A DNA stretch of 63,887 nucleotides, counting the filler, from Conidiobolus incongruus B7586 (Eukaryota): assembly GCA_000697335.1 (NCBI GenBank). It is 19 parts of 19 records of this genome, joined end to end, with 100 filler letters (N's around TTAATTAATTAA, not from the genome) between each part and the next. Parts side by side here need not be neighbours in the genome. Positions count along the whole stretch, not along the records: positions 13,909 to 18,673 come from JNEM01003819.1; positions 18,774 to 20,825 come from JNEM01003821.1; positions 20,926 to 22,303 come from JNEM01003822.1; positions 22,404 to 24,627 come from JNEM01003823.1; positions 24,728 to 29,157 come from JNEM01003824.1; 14 more parts are not named here. One strand, 5' to 3'. Both the position numbers and the translations under genes were made by a program. Positions 13,809-25,643 of the stretch are shown here, piece by piece. A model generated the notes under the pieces. The model saw only the letters and a program-made list of their open reading frames with translations. It had not been told where the DNA came from and ran no database searches. The number at the start of each line of letters is the position of its first letter. The first letter of the stretch is position 1.

Positions 13809-13908
13809 NNNNNNNNNNNNNNNNNNNNNNNNNNNNNNNNNNNNNNNNNNNNTTAATTAATTAANNNNNNNNNNNNNNNNNNNNNNNNNNNNNNNNNNNN
13901 NNNNNNNN
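13809..13908. other. Artificial contig spacer N44-TTAATTAATTAA-N44. It recurs at 18674, 20826, 22304, 24628, 29158, 32579, 34150, 37176, 38404, 39538, 42332, 43781, 45014, 46411, 52007, 53571 and 62748.
   Basis: Identical 100-nt layout 18 times. The palindromic TTAATTAATTAA gives stop codons in all six frames. Confidence 0.97.
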
Positions 13909-15207
13909 TTATAATTATAAATTATTATTGTAAATTATTATTTTAAATAATATTAATATTAAATACCTAAATCCCTTTCTAAAAAAATTCACTTATATAT
14001 TCATTAACTTTATAATAAAAGTAAATCAACTTATAAGATTATTAGAATTATTAGTGCTAGCTAGTCTATTATAGCTATAGTTATTAAAAATTATAGTAAA
14101 GATATATTTAAACCTAAACTTAAATATGCTAGGATTATAGATTAATATGATAAAAAGTAAATTTATAGGTTAGTTAGTACAGGTAAATATAATATTATTA
14201 TAGAAGTATAGAAAGAATTACAAAACTATATAGGAATATTAGTTAGTATTGATACTATTATATATGTTTTATGTTATAATAGATATCACTTATACTTTAA
14301 GAAAAAACACTTTTAACTAAAGAAGTCTTATTATAAAGCTAGGCAAGAATTTAAATATCATTACTAAAATTAAACTAAAATTAATTAGAATAAGGTAATT
14401 TAGTTTAATAAAACAAAAATATACTTTAGTGTATCTAATAGAGAAGTTAGATATTTTAGAAAAAACAAAAAACTACTTTATAATTATTATGTTATTTTAA
14501 CACAAAAATATAATAATGGGTTAATTATAGTTTAGGGATATATATTATCTTTTAGTATAAGGTATGTTTATAAAGTTAATAAGGGAATTAATACTGAGAT
14601 ATATTAAAATATTCTAAATAATGAATTAAAAAAAACTATTAAATAATATAGACTAAATAAGTCAAATGTCATTTTCCAACAAGATAATAACTATTGTTTT
14701 ATTATTATTTTTACTACCAAATAATTTAAAAATAATAAAATAATAGTTATAAAGTGGCTTTATAAATCCCCTAAGCTTAATCCAATTAAATACCTTTGGG
14801 ATTAGTTAAAAAAATAGTTAAAACTTTCCTATCAATAAAAAATTTAAATGAGCTTTAGGAATATATTTAAAAAGCTTAGATTAAAATTAATCTTTCTTAA
14901 TATAAGTAATTAGTTGACTTTTTACCCTATAAACTTAAGGAAGTTAAAAAAGTAAAAGGTAAAAATACTAAGTTTTAATTTTCTTTTTATAACCAAAACA
15001 TACAAATTTATAACTTATCTTAGGTAAAAATTTAAATTTTAATTTATCAATTAATAATTAATATTGTTAGATCAATTATATTTAATTATAAATGAATAAT
15101 ATAAGTTAATTATATATTTTAATTTAAATTAATTTGATTAAGAATTAATAAAATTATTGATTATAATATATATAATCATAATTTTATGACTCATTTTTAC
15201 AGGCTAG
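13909..15207 (+). mobile_element. Tc1-like (DD34E) transposon, mutated transposase plus 3' long IR
   Basis: KVI*FNKTKI (=VIWSDETKI), VIFQQDN, then exactly 34 codons to K (=E) in W..KSPKLNPIKYLWD (=WPxQSPDLNPIEHLWD). Ends TTTTATGACTCATTTTTACAGGCTAG. Confidence 0.9.
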
Positions 15208-15209
15208 TT

Positions 15210-18200
15210 TATATAAGAATTTAGAGAATTAGTATCTTAATATTTCTCTAGTAAATCTCTAAAAATAAAGATACTCCTTAGATTTTTACAAATAAATACA
15301 ATAAGTTAAGATATTCTTAATATTTTCTAGGGGTTTTATATAACTTCTTTAATCACAAAACCTATCTATTTTAAATAAAAAATAAAGCTTATTCCTAATA
15401 GCTTTAGATTTAATTATGTCATTAATATAATAATTTTTTTCTCCAACTTAATTAATAATTAGATCTAGTTTTAAAACTGTTAATTAATTAAGAAATATAT
15501 TAAAATCTTTAAAATAAGGTGTGATTTTAGATATATATAAAGTAAAGTTAATTTTTATAGTTAAAGGTAATTTTAATATAATATTTTAAAAATTTAAATC
15601 AATAAATTATATCTTATAAGGATTATAATATAATAATAAATATTTTGGATTTAAACTAAAATAAGGTGAGTTTAATGGTAAATTGTTTTAAATATATAAA
15701 TATATTTATTTTATATTTAAGAGGATTTTTAAATAACTTTAAGTATTAATATTTTATAATCTTTGGATTTTCTTCCAAATTAAATTTAATAAAGATGTCA
15801 ATATATTTAACAATAGACTAAAATTCAATAATATCTAAAGATAAGTTGATTTAAAACTTTAAAATAATTATTAGGATATTTATTATAATTAATAAAATAA
15901 AAGTTAAAACCAATTGATTTTTTAATAAAAATATTAAATGAATATTAAAGTTAATAGTTATAAATATCTTAATTTAACTAATCAGTATTAATGTAAACTT
16001 TAATCATTTATTTTAAGATTTAATATTTTTTTTAATAAGATTGATATTACCATAGAATTAAAAAAATGGGAAATTTTTTAATTTCTGATTTTTCAAATAT
16101 ATTATTAGTTTTAAATAAAAAAATATATACAAAACAAATAAGAAAATAAATAGTTTTAAATTATATAAATATAATAACTTTTTGATTAAAAAAATAATTT
16201 TTTAAAATTAGCTATTTAATTTAATCATATTTAAACTAAATAATGACCATCAAAAGTTTTTTATTTTAGTATTAGTAAAGCTTAACCATAAACCCTCTAA
16301 AATCATTTAAAATTTACAAGCAGCTTTTAGTAATGAATAATTATCTAAATCAACAATTTATCACTAGATAAATTATTTAAAGCTAGGAGAGAAACTACCC
16401 AAAACCTATCAAAATCTAAAAGATTAATTTCAACTGTCACTTTTCTAAATTTAATAAATTAAAAAAACATATTAAAAAGCACCCTTTTATTTTAGCTAGA
16501 GAATTATCAAGATATTTTAATATTAGTTACATAAGTATTTTGTATATATTAAAGCTTAAATTATAATTAAATAATAAAAATATAAAACAGGTACCTTATA
16601 ATTTAACTAAAGCTTAAAAAAAGCTAGAGTAGCTATTGCTAAACAAAACTTACTAAGGTATAGCTATAAACCAAATCTTTTACAATGAATTATTATAATT
16701 GATGAATTTTGGATTCTTTTGTATAATCCTTTACCAAAACATAAATCAGTGTTAGATTAAGCTAAATCAACCCCCTCCACAAATTCCTTTAAATAAATAC
16801 TTTATTGATAAGCAAATGTTAATTGTTATAATGGATTATAATAGCATATACTATTTTTATTTAGTTTCTAAAGGAAAATTAATTAATAATAAACTTTATA
16901 TTTCTATTTTAAATAAAACTATTTCTAATTGGTATTGTCAATATAATTTGAGAAGACCTATTATTTTGCATAATAACTATACAATACATAAATCTAAAGT
17001 TATAAAAAACTATTTAATTAAAAATAGCTGGAAAGAACTACCATATCTAATATATTCCTTAAATTATAACCTATGTTATTATAATTGTTTTAGGCAATTA
17101 AAAAACCAGCTTACAAGAAAGAAAGTTTAATTAGTTTGTGAAATATCAAATTTCAGTTTTTAATAAAAAGAATTGTTTTTTAGGTGTTAGATCTTTGTTC
17201 AAAATATAGCAAAGAGTTATTAGAAATAAAAAAAATTATTAATTTTATAATATATATTTATTTTTACTTTTTATATATTAAAATGTTTATTTTTTTTCAA
17301 TCACAAAAAATTCCCATTATTTAAATTATAAAGTAATAGTTTAATAATGATTAATAATAAATTTAGTTAAATTAATCTTAAAGGAAAAAATAATAACTTT
17401 TAAAATTAAAAGTTAAATTATATATCTTTGTTAAATATAATAGTTTATAAAATTTTATAATAGTGAAAAATATTAAAAAAATAATAGTTATATAATATCT
17501 TCAACTATAGATAATTTAAAAGAAATAAAATAAGTATATTTAAAGAATAAATCAATAATAGTTAATAAGTTATTATAAGTAATAATTGATTTAAAAATTT
17601 CTATAAAATTAAGTTGAATTTGTTATTAAATTTTATTACGAACTTATAGAAGGATAAGTTTATTATATTTTAATTAGGTATTATATTTAACTTTTTAACA
17701 AATATTATTAGTATTACTATATTTCTAAGCTAATTTAATTAAAAAAGGTTAATAATACTTTACTTTAATTTTTTTAACTATTTTTTAGTAATTTTAATAT
17801 CCCTTAATAAATAAATTATAATATTTATTAAATATTACTTATTATATCTTAGAAATAATAAAGATATATAAATAATCATTATAATATTATAAATTATCAA
17901 TAATTTTAAATTTTTAAATATATTTTAATCAGTTTTTTACTAGTTTAAAGAGTCTTTCTTTAATTAAAATAAAAGGATTATTATTTAATAAATTCTTTAT
18001 TTCCTTTATTAAAAATCATTAAGTTAATATTTGCTAGGTTGTTATAATTATAATAAAAGGATAAGTATGTAAGATTTTTTAATAAATATCTATAATATAA
18101 TTTGATTAACTTAAGAGATATTTAATAAAATAAAAATTAGCTTAGATAATTTTAATTTATTTAACTTATCTTCTTAATAAAGGTTTTTAGGTATTTAAAA

Positions 18201-18673
18201 AGATAAATAATTTATAATCTATAAGTATTAAGTAAAAGCCATAAAAAAAGAAATATAAATAATCTATAATTATTTTTATTAAGTTAAAAATTTTTATTAA
18301 TAAATTAGGTATTTTAATTCAACATGTTTCATTTTACTTAATTAAAATATGATTGACTTTAAGATAATATTTGTAAGATTAATTTAACTAGTTTTATCTT
18401 ATTTATTATTTTATTTGATAGTTAAAAGATAAAATATAAATAAAATTCAAATTAGTTAATTATTTATTAATTATAAAAGAATTAATTTTAGTGAAAATAA
18501 TAATAGATAATTTTAAATTATAGATAAATAAAGCAAAAATATCAATAATATAGAAAATTAAAATATTTATATAAAAAATATATAATAGGGTCTATTTAAA
18601 ATAAGGGTCTTTTCTTAAATGATTAGTTAAAAGTTTTATAAGTTTAATAAAAGAAACAATGAAATTTTTAAAT
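15210..18673 (-). mobile_element. Ty3/gypsy chromovirus pol fossil (RT connection - RNase H - integrase - GPY/F - chromodomain), split by the mariner at 16047-17336
   Basis: Minus-strand translation gives LTNHLRKDPYFK*T, then IDYKLFIFLNT*KPLLRR*VK*I (RNase H TDHK..SRRQARW), KYY*P..IC*KVK (HHCC finger), NLLTIIDLFFKYTYFI (integrase core), YYNPYKI..LKLPLTIKINFTLYISKITPY (GPY/F) and GEKKLYINDIIKS..YLK*IGF..EVI*NP (chromodomain). Confidence 0.85.
16047..17336 (+). mobile_element. Mariner-like (DD34D) element, full length, B1
   Basis: TA|TTACCATAGAATTAAAAAAATGGGAAA ... TTCCCATTATTTAAATTATAAAGTAA|TA. Remnants of WVPxxL, IDEFWI, ILHNN and YSLNYNLCYY. ORF 16816-17130 is part of it. Confidence 0.92.
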
Positions 18674-19447
18674 NNNNNNNNNNNNNNNNNNNNNNNNNNN
18701 NNNNNNNNNNNNNNNNNTTAATTAATTAANNNNNNNNNNNNNNNNNNNNNNNNNNNNNNNNNNNNNNNNNNNNTATTAAAAATTATAATATTTCTTATTT
18801 GAAGTTCCTAAATAAATTTTTTAAAATTAAATCATTTCCTAATATTATTATATAGTATTAATATTATTAATTACAATATATTCCTTTAGAAAGTCTATAT
18901 AAAAAGTAATTTCAAGGATAGATAACTTCAAGGTTAAATAATTTAGTTTAATCTATTATTTTTTAATTTAACTCTTTTTTTATTCAATGTAATATAAGGT
19001 GTATATAATAAATTCTAATATATTGCAAATAACAAATATTATAAAACTTAGGTTAATTTGTAATTAAATTTTAATTTAATAATTAATTACTTATTCAAAT
19101 TGATCCTTAATTTGAATTATTAAATTAATTCTTTATATTAATTAATATTTTTTAAACTAAACTTAAAAAACATTGTTTTATAAAATATCATAATTGAATT
19201 AATTAATAAATTTATAAAACAATTAAATTTAAAATTAACTTATATTTTGTTATATCATAATGTATTATTTGATTATATTTTAATAATACAATTAAGCTCT
19301 AATCAATATTTTTAAATTAATTTGATTTGATTTTTATGATTATATAAAATTAATTTAATTTCTAGTTTCTTAATGAGTATCAGGCTAAATATTAATAAAG
19401 GTATATTATTTACTTATTATTTTTTTGATTGAACTTAAACCATTTAG

Positions 19448-20086
19448 AATTTCATTCAACCATTTGCTAGCTTTATTGCCAATTTCTTTCCCAGTGCCAT
19501 TGTGATTTTTAGTATTGGTTACCCATTAGTTTTGGCAATCAATCAAGGTGCTCCCACAGGCACTTGGCCATATTTACCTTACATCATATGTGTGTTGTTT
19601 ACAACTCTCGCTTGTTTACCATTAGGTCCCAATTTGTTAGCTATGCGCAATATGCTGATTATCTTCCTTTTGGCGACCGTTGTGTTTATTATTATCTGGC
19701 CTATTTTATTAACTCGATTCCCTTACTCTGAATCATCCCCTCTCCCCATATACTTCAATCATGTGGTTGAATTAGATCCCAGCAATTTGAATGCTACAAC
19801 ATCATTGGTAACCTTAACAATTTCGAGAAAGACCGACCAAATCCTTGATGCTTTACAACGCAAGCCAGCAAAAGTGGATTTGGACGTTCTCAAAGGCCAG
19901 AGTACTTTCGATACAGTTTATTTAGATGGAAAATTCCCAGAATTACCCAGCTACCAAAACTATCGCCCCAAGGTATCCAACTATACTCGTGTAAACGAAG
20001 ACACTCACAAACTGGAAGTGAACTTACACACACCTGAATCCGAAGTTTGTCGCATCTACTTCCCCCGGCTAGTTTGCGACCTCTAA
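19448..20086 (+). pseudogene. C-terminal fragment of a multi-pass membrane protein, most like the M28 peptidase Pff1/ERMP1 C-terminal region; probably a gene fragment or pseudogene
   Basis: GC-richer island with the frame open from an acceptor AG at 19447. Three TM segments, then FPYSESSPLPIYFNHVVELD (resembles FPF/Y..PLKVxFxQxxDL). No usable upstream exon or peptidase domain is visible, and coding-like sequence continues in frame past the TAA. Confidence 0.5.
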
Positions 20087-20925
20087 ATTGCCTATATGAC
20101 TCTCAATTTTGTATACATAACTCACACCTCCATTCCGAATTCCACCATGGATTATGTTCAATTATTCTGCATAAATAAATAACAACAATGAATAATAAAG
20201 CTCTAGTATAATTATATCACTATCAACCAATCGGCAATTGACACAATCGCCAAATGATAATTTGAAAGAAATAAAAAATATCAGTCCCTTTTGAATCAAT
20301 TACTCACTCGGACTAGATTGAATAAAATTGAATTGGGTAAAGGAATTAAAGACAAAATATCACTTAAAATAAAACAACCAAAAATTAAAGTTCTGAGAAA
20401 TTGTATGGGTGAATATTAGGTTCTTGTTTCAAAAATGATATTAATGTTATATAAACAGATTGAATTTTGATAAAAGTTATTCTTTTATTATTGAGATTAA
20501 AATCTTGTTAATATTAGTTTATTCTCTTTAATAATTTTATTTTAAGATTTTTATTTCTTATTGAATTAATTTAGATTCTATTTAAGGTTGAAATAATTGG
20601 AATTTAATACCAAACTCATTATTGGAATAAATAAGTTCTAGTAAATTTTCATTAAAAAAGTTAAAATATAAAATATAAATATAAAAATTTCAATATTTAT
20701 TATATATTCAGAATTAGATATAGTTTTATTGAAAATATTATAAACTTTAAATAAAACAATATTATTTTGGAAAATATATAATATATTATAAATTTTAAAG
20801 GATTTATTTATTCAAATTTAAAAATNNNNNNNNNNNNNNNNNNNNNNNNNNNNNNNNNNNNNNNNNNNNTTAATTAATTAANNNNNNNNNNNNNNNNNNN
20901 NNNNNNNNNNNNNNNNNNNNNNNNN

Positions 20926-22303
20926 TAAAATATATAATTTATTTATATTAATTGATTATAACTAACTATATTTGATTATATTTCATTAGCTATTGGTTAA
21001 TATATCAAAACTTAAAATTTAACTAAGGTGAGTTATAAATTTATAGGTTTATAGATTCAAAGGGTATAAATAATAAAACTTATATATATCTTATTTTTCT
21101 TTTTTATATTATACATATTATAAAATTATTAAGCTAATATTTTAAATTAAATATTATAATGCTTAAATCTCTTTTTAAAAAAATTCATTTATATATTAAT
21201 TAAGTTCATAATAAAAATAAATCAACTTATAAGATTATTAGAATTACTAGTGTTAGTTAATCTATTATAACTAGGGTTATTAAGAATAATATTAAAAAAA
21301 CACTTAAATTAAAACTTAAGTATATTAAAATTATATATCAACATAATAAAAAATATATTTATAGATTAGTTAATATAGGTGGGTATAATACTATTATAGA
21401 AATATAACAAGAATTATAAAACTATATAAGAATATTAATTAATACTAATACTGTTATATATACTTTATATTAAAATAAATACCACTTATATTTTATGAAA
21501 AAACACATTTAATTCAAGAAGTTTTATTATAAAATTAAGTAAAAGTTTAAATATTAATATTAAAATTAAATTAAAACTAACTAAAATAAAGCTATTTAAT
21601 CTAATAAAACTAAGATATATTTTAATAATTTAATAAAAGAATTAGATATTTCAAAAAAGATAAAAAATTACTTTATAACTACTATATTATTATAATATAA
21701 AAATATAATGATAAGTTAATTATAATTTAAGGATATATATATTATCTTTAAGTGTAAGGTATTTTTATAAAATTAATAAAAGAATTAATACTAAAATATA
21801 TTAAAATATTTTAAATTATAAATTGAAAAAAATTATTAAGTAATATAAGTTAAATAAATTAAATATTATTTTTTAACAAGATAATACCCTGTTTTATATT
21901 ATAAATTTTATTATTAAATAGCTTAAAAATAACAAAATAACTATTATAAAATAGCCTCCTTAAATTTTTAATTTTAACCTAATTAAATATTTTTAGGATC
22001 AATTAAAAAAATTAATTAAAACTATTTTTTAGCAAATAATTTAAATTAACTTTAAGAGAATATTTAAGAAGCTTAGAATAATATTAGTTTTATTTAATAT
22101 AAAAAGCTAGTTGACTCTATACCCTATAAACTTAAAAAAGTTAGAAAAGCAAAAAATAAATATATTAGATATTAATTTTTCTATCAATATTAAAACCCAC
22201 AGATTTATTACTTATCTTAGCTATATTTTTAGTTTTAATATATTAATTAATAATTAATTGAATTTAACTTTATATATTATATTAAATATAAAAAATATAT
22301 ATT
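20926..22303 (+). mobile_element. Tc1-like element, nearly complete, heavily mutated
   Basis: Colinear with 13909-15207 (TTTTAACAAGATAAT = FQQDN; TAGCCTCCTTAA..AACCTAATTAAA = WPPQ..NPIE). Inner IR motifs are present at both ends. Confidence 0.9.
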
Positions 22304-22483
22304 NNNNNNNNNNNNNNNNNNNNNNNNNNNNNNNNNNNNNNNNNNNNTTAATTAATTAANNNNNNNNNNNNNNNNNNNNNNNNNNNNNNNNNNNNNNNNN
22401 NNNATTAGATATATATTAATAATATAATTATATATTTTAAATTTTTTAAATAATAACTTAATTAAAAAGAATTATATATATTA

Positions 22484-23788
22484 TTACCATGTAATTAAAA
22501 AAATGGGAAATTTTTTAATTTCTGATTTTTCAAATATATTATTAGTTTCAAATATAAAGATATATACAAAACAAATAAAAAAATAGATAGTTTGGAATTA
22601 TATATATATAATAATTTTTTTGATTAAAAAGTAAATTTTTTAGAATTGATTGTTTATTTTGATTATTCTTTAATTAAATAATAACCATCAAAAGTCTTCT
22701 ATTTTAGTATCAGAAAAACTTAAACACAAACCCTCTAAAATCATTTAAAATTTATAAATAGCTTTTAGTAATTAAATATTATCTAACTTAATAATTCATT
22801 GCCAGGTAAATTATTTTAAGATTAAGAGAAAAACTACCCAAAACTTATTAAAATCTAAAAAACCAATTTCAATTATTACTCTTTTAATTGTTAATAAAAT
22901 GAAAAATTATATTCAAAAATATCTTTTTATTTTAGCTAAAGAAATTTCAAGACACTTTAATATTAGTCATATAAGTATTTTAAATATATTAAAGTTTAAA
23001 TTAAAATTAATTAATAAAAATATAAAATAGGTATTTTATAATTTAACTAAAGCTCAAAAAAAAGTTAGAGTAGCTATTGCTAAACAAAAATTACTAAAGT
23101 ATAATTAGAAACCAAAGCTTTTATAATAAATCATTATAATTAATATATTTTATATTCCTTTGTATAATCCTATGCTAAAACAAAAATCAAAGTGTTAAAT
23201 TAAACTAAATCAAACCCTTCTATAAATTCCTTTAAATAAATACTCTGTTGATAAGTGAATATTAATTGTTCTAATAGATTATAATAGTATATATTATTCT
23301 TATTTAATTCTTAAAGGAGAATCAATTAATAATAAACTTTATATTTTTTTTAAATAAAATTATTTCTATTTGGTATTCTTAATATAATTTAAGAAAACCT
23401 AGTATTTTGCATAATAATTACAAAATTTATAAATTTAAAATTATAAAAAACTTCCTAATTAAAAATAACTGGAAAAAACTACCATATCTAGTATATTCTT
23501 TAAATTATAACCTATGTGATTATAATTGTTTTGGGGAATTAAAAAACCAGCTTATAGGAAAGAAAATTTCTATAGAAAAATTTAATTAATTTATAAAATA
23601 TCAAATTTCAGTCTTTAATAAAAAAACATTTTTTAAGAGTTAGATCTTTGCCAAAAGTATAGCAAAAAGTTATTAGAAATAAAGGAAATTATTATTTATA
23701 TATTATATATTAATTTTTACTTTTTATATATTAAAATTTCTATTTTTTTTAATTATAAAAAATTCCCATTATTTAAATTACAAAGTAA
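22484..23788 (+). mobile_element. Mariner-like element, full length, B1
   Basis: TA|TTACCATGTAATTAAAAAAATGGG ... CCCATTATTTAAATTACAAAGTAA|TA. Colinear with the 16047 copy. ORF 23407-23589 is part of it. Confidence 0.92.
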
Positions 23789-25643
23789 TATTAATCTATG
23801 AGTTATATTGGTTTTCAATATTTTAGAGTTAAAATGAAATTTTTCTTTTTATTAGAATCAAAATAAATTAAATAAATAAAGTTATTTGAATTAATAATAA
23901 AAATACTTTTTATTAAAAAAACCAATTGATATAATATTTTGTTTCAGAAATAAAAATCTATATATTAATATCGAATTATTATAATTTATCAAATAAAACT
24001 AAATAAATCTATCTAATAAAAATGAATTATGATTTAATATCAAGGATTTGATAAATAATTGGATATTATATTTATTTAATATACAAAGAGATAGGAAGAA
24101 TTAATTATATAATGGATTGCTTATAAATCATAAATAATCATAATATTTCTAACTAAAGATTATAGAAATTTGATATTTTTTTGGTTCCGAACTTAATTAT
24201 TGATATGTATATAATAATTTAAAAATTCAAGTGATTAATAGATTTATATTAAAAGATGATTTTTTATTACAGTATTCTTAATTAAAGTTGTTTATCCAAG
24301 ATAGTTGAAAAATAATAATTTATTTTTTAAAGGGTTAAAATTCATTGATATTAAGATAAAGACTATGAATTAATAAAAATATTTTATATTAAATAAGTAT
24401 ATAAAAAATGATGACAATATCCAATAATCTTATAATTATGGCTTAACTATTAAAATACTTTTCTGTAATTAATTCTGAATAATTAATAAATAAAATAACT
24501 AATTATCTAAATTTTTCTCCTATAATTTAATATATTTGATATAATATGTAGTTAATATTAAAATATTTTTATTAGTATATTAATATATAAAAAATTTAAA
24601 AATATTATTTACTTAATTAATATTTGANNNNNNNNNNNNNNNNNNNNNNNNNNNNNNNNNNNNNNNNNNNNTTAATTAATTAANNNNNNNNNNNNNNNNN
24701 NNNNNNNNNNNNNNNNNNNNNNNNNNNATATATAATTATAAATTTAAATTTTAATAAAAATTAAATTTTTATTTATATTTAACTATTATTTTAAATGATT
24801 TTAATAATTAAATTAATAAAAAAATATTCATTTTTTTAGTTATATATTGATATTTTATTTAAAAAATTCGAAAGAATTAATATAATAAATCTAAAAAATA
24901 AATCAATTGAAGATTTGATTGGTGGACTACACTAATCATTATTAAGTTACATAAAACAAATTATATTATTATTATTATTAATTAACAATTACACTTATAA
25001 TAACCTTATTTCTGTAATTTAAATTTATTTTTTACGAGAAATGAAAAATATAAATATTAATCAATTTTGAATCTTTTAGAAAAATAGATGAAAATATTTG
25101 ATTATTAATTTGATTGGAAATATTTAATAATATACCTGAAGTCTATGCAAATATATATATGATAGTTTCACTCAATAAATTTAAAATATTTCAATATAAT
25201 CAAACTTTTCTTCTAATATCAGATATCAGTTATGTTTCACATAAAATTTGAAAAATCTAATTATTATATTTATTTTTTTTGTCATAAAATTATATATACT
25301 TTATAAATCTTATTAAATTTAATTTTTTTTTAAAAAAACAAAATCATTAAATTAAAGAATGTGTTTTTTAATTTATATTATCATATAAAAGATATAATCA
25401 TTCTTTAAATATAAATTATTTACATTGTTAACTTATAACCTTTTACTAGAAGAATTTCATTTGCAACAAGTAAAATTCAACTTGAAAGTTTTTGAAATAT
25501 AATTTAAAGCTATTAAAATAAAAATAATAAAATGCAAAAAAATATTATTTTATTCTCCTATTGTGTATTTTTTTAATTTTTTTTCTTTTGAATTTTTTTC
25601 TTAGGAGATAAAAAAAGAAATAATTAATAAAAAGGGCAAGATA

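Noticed and set aside
16816..17130. ORFs 16816-17130, 23407-23589, 33271-33459 and 42667-42873 as genes
   Set aside because: Residual or antisense frames within mutated mariner/Tc1 copies.
18774..18950. IILGND on the minus strand as the retroviral protease C-terminal motif continuing the chromovirus
   Set aside because: A single short motif across a gap; insufficient.
13909..23788. Alternative genetic code (TAA/TAG = Gln/Trp) explaining in-frame stops in TE ORFs
   Set aside because: Stops vary between copies and come with H->Y, D->N and E->K changes, and host genes end normally in TAA/TAG-type stops. This is mutation, not recoding.
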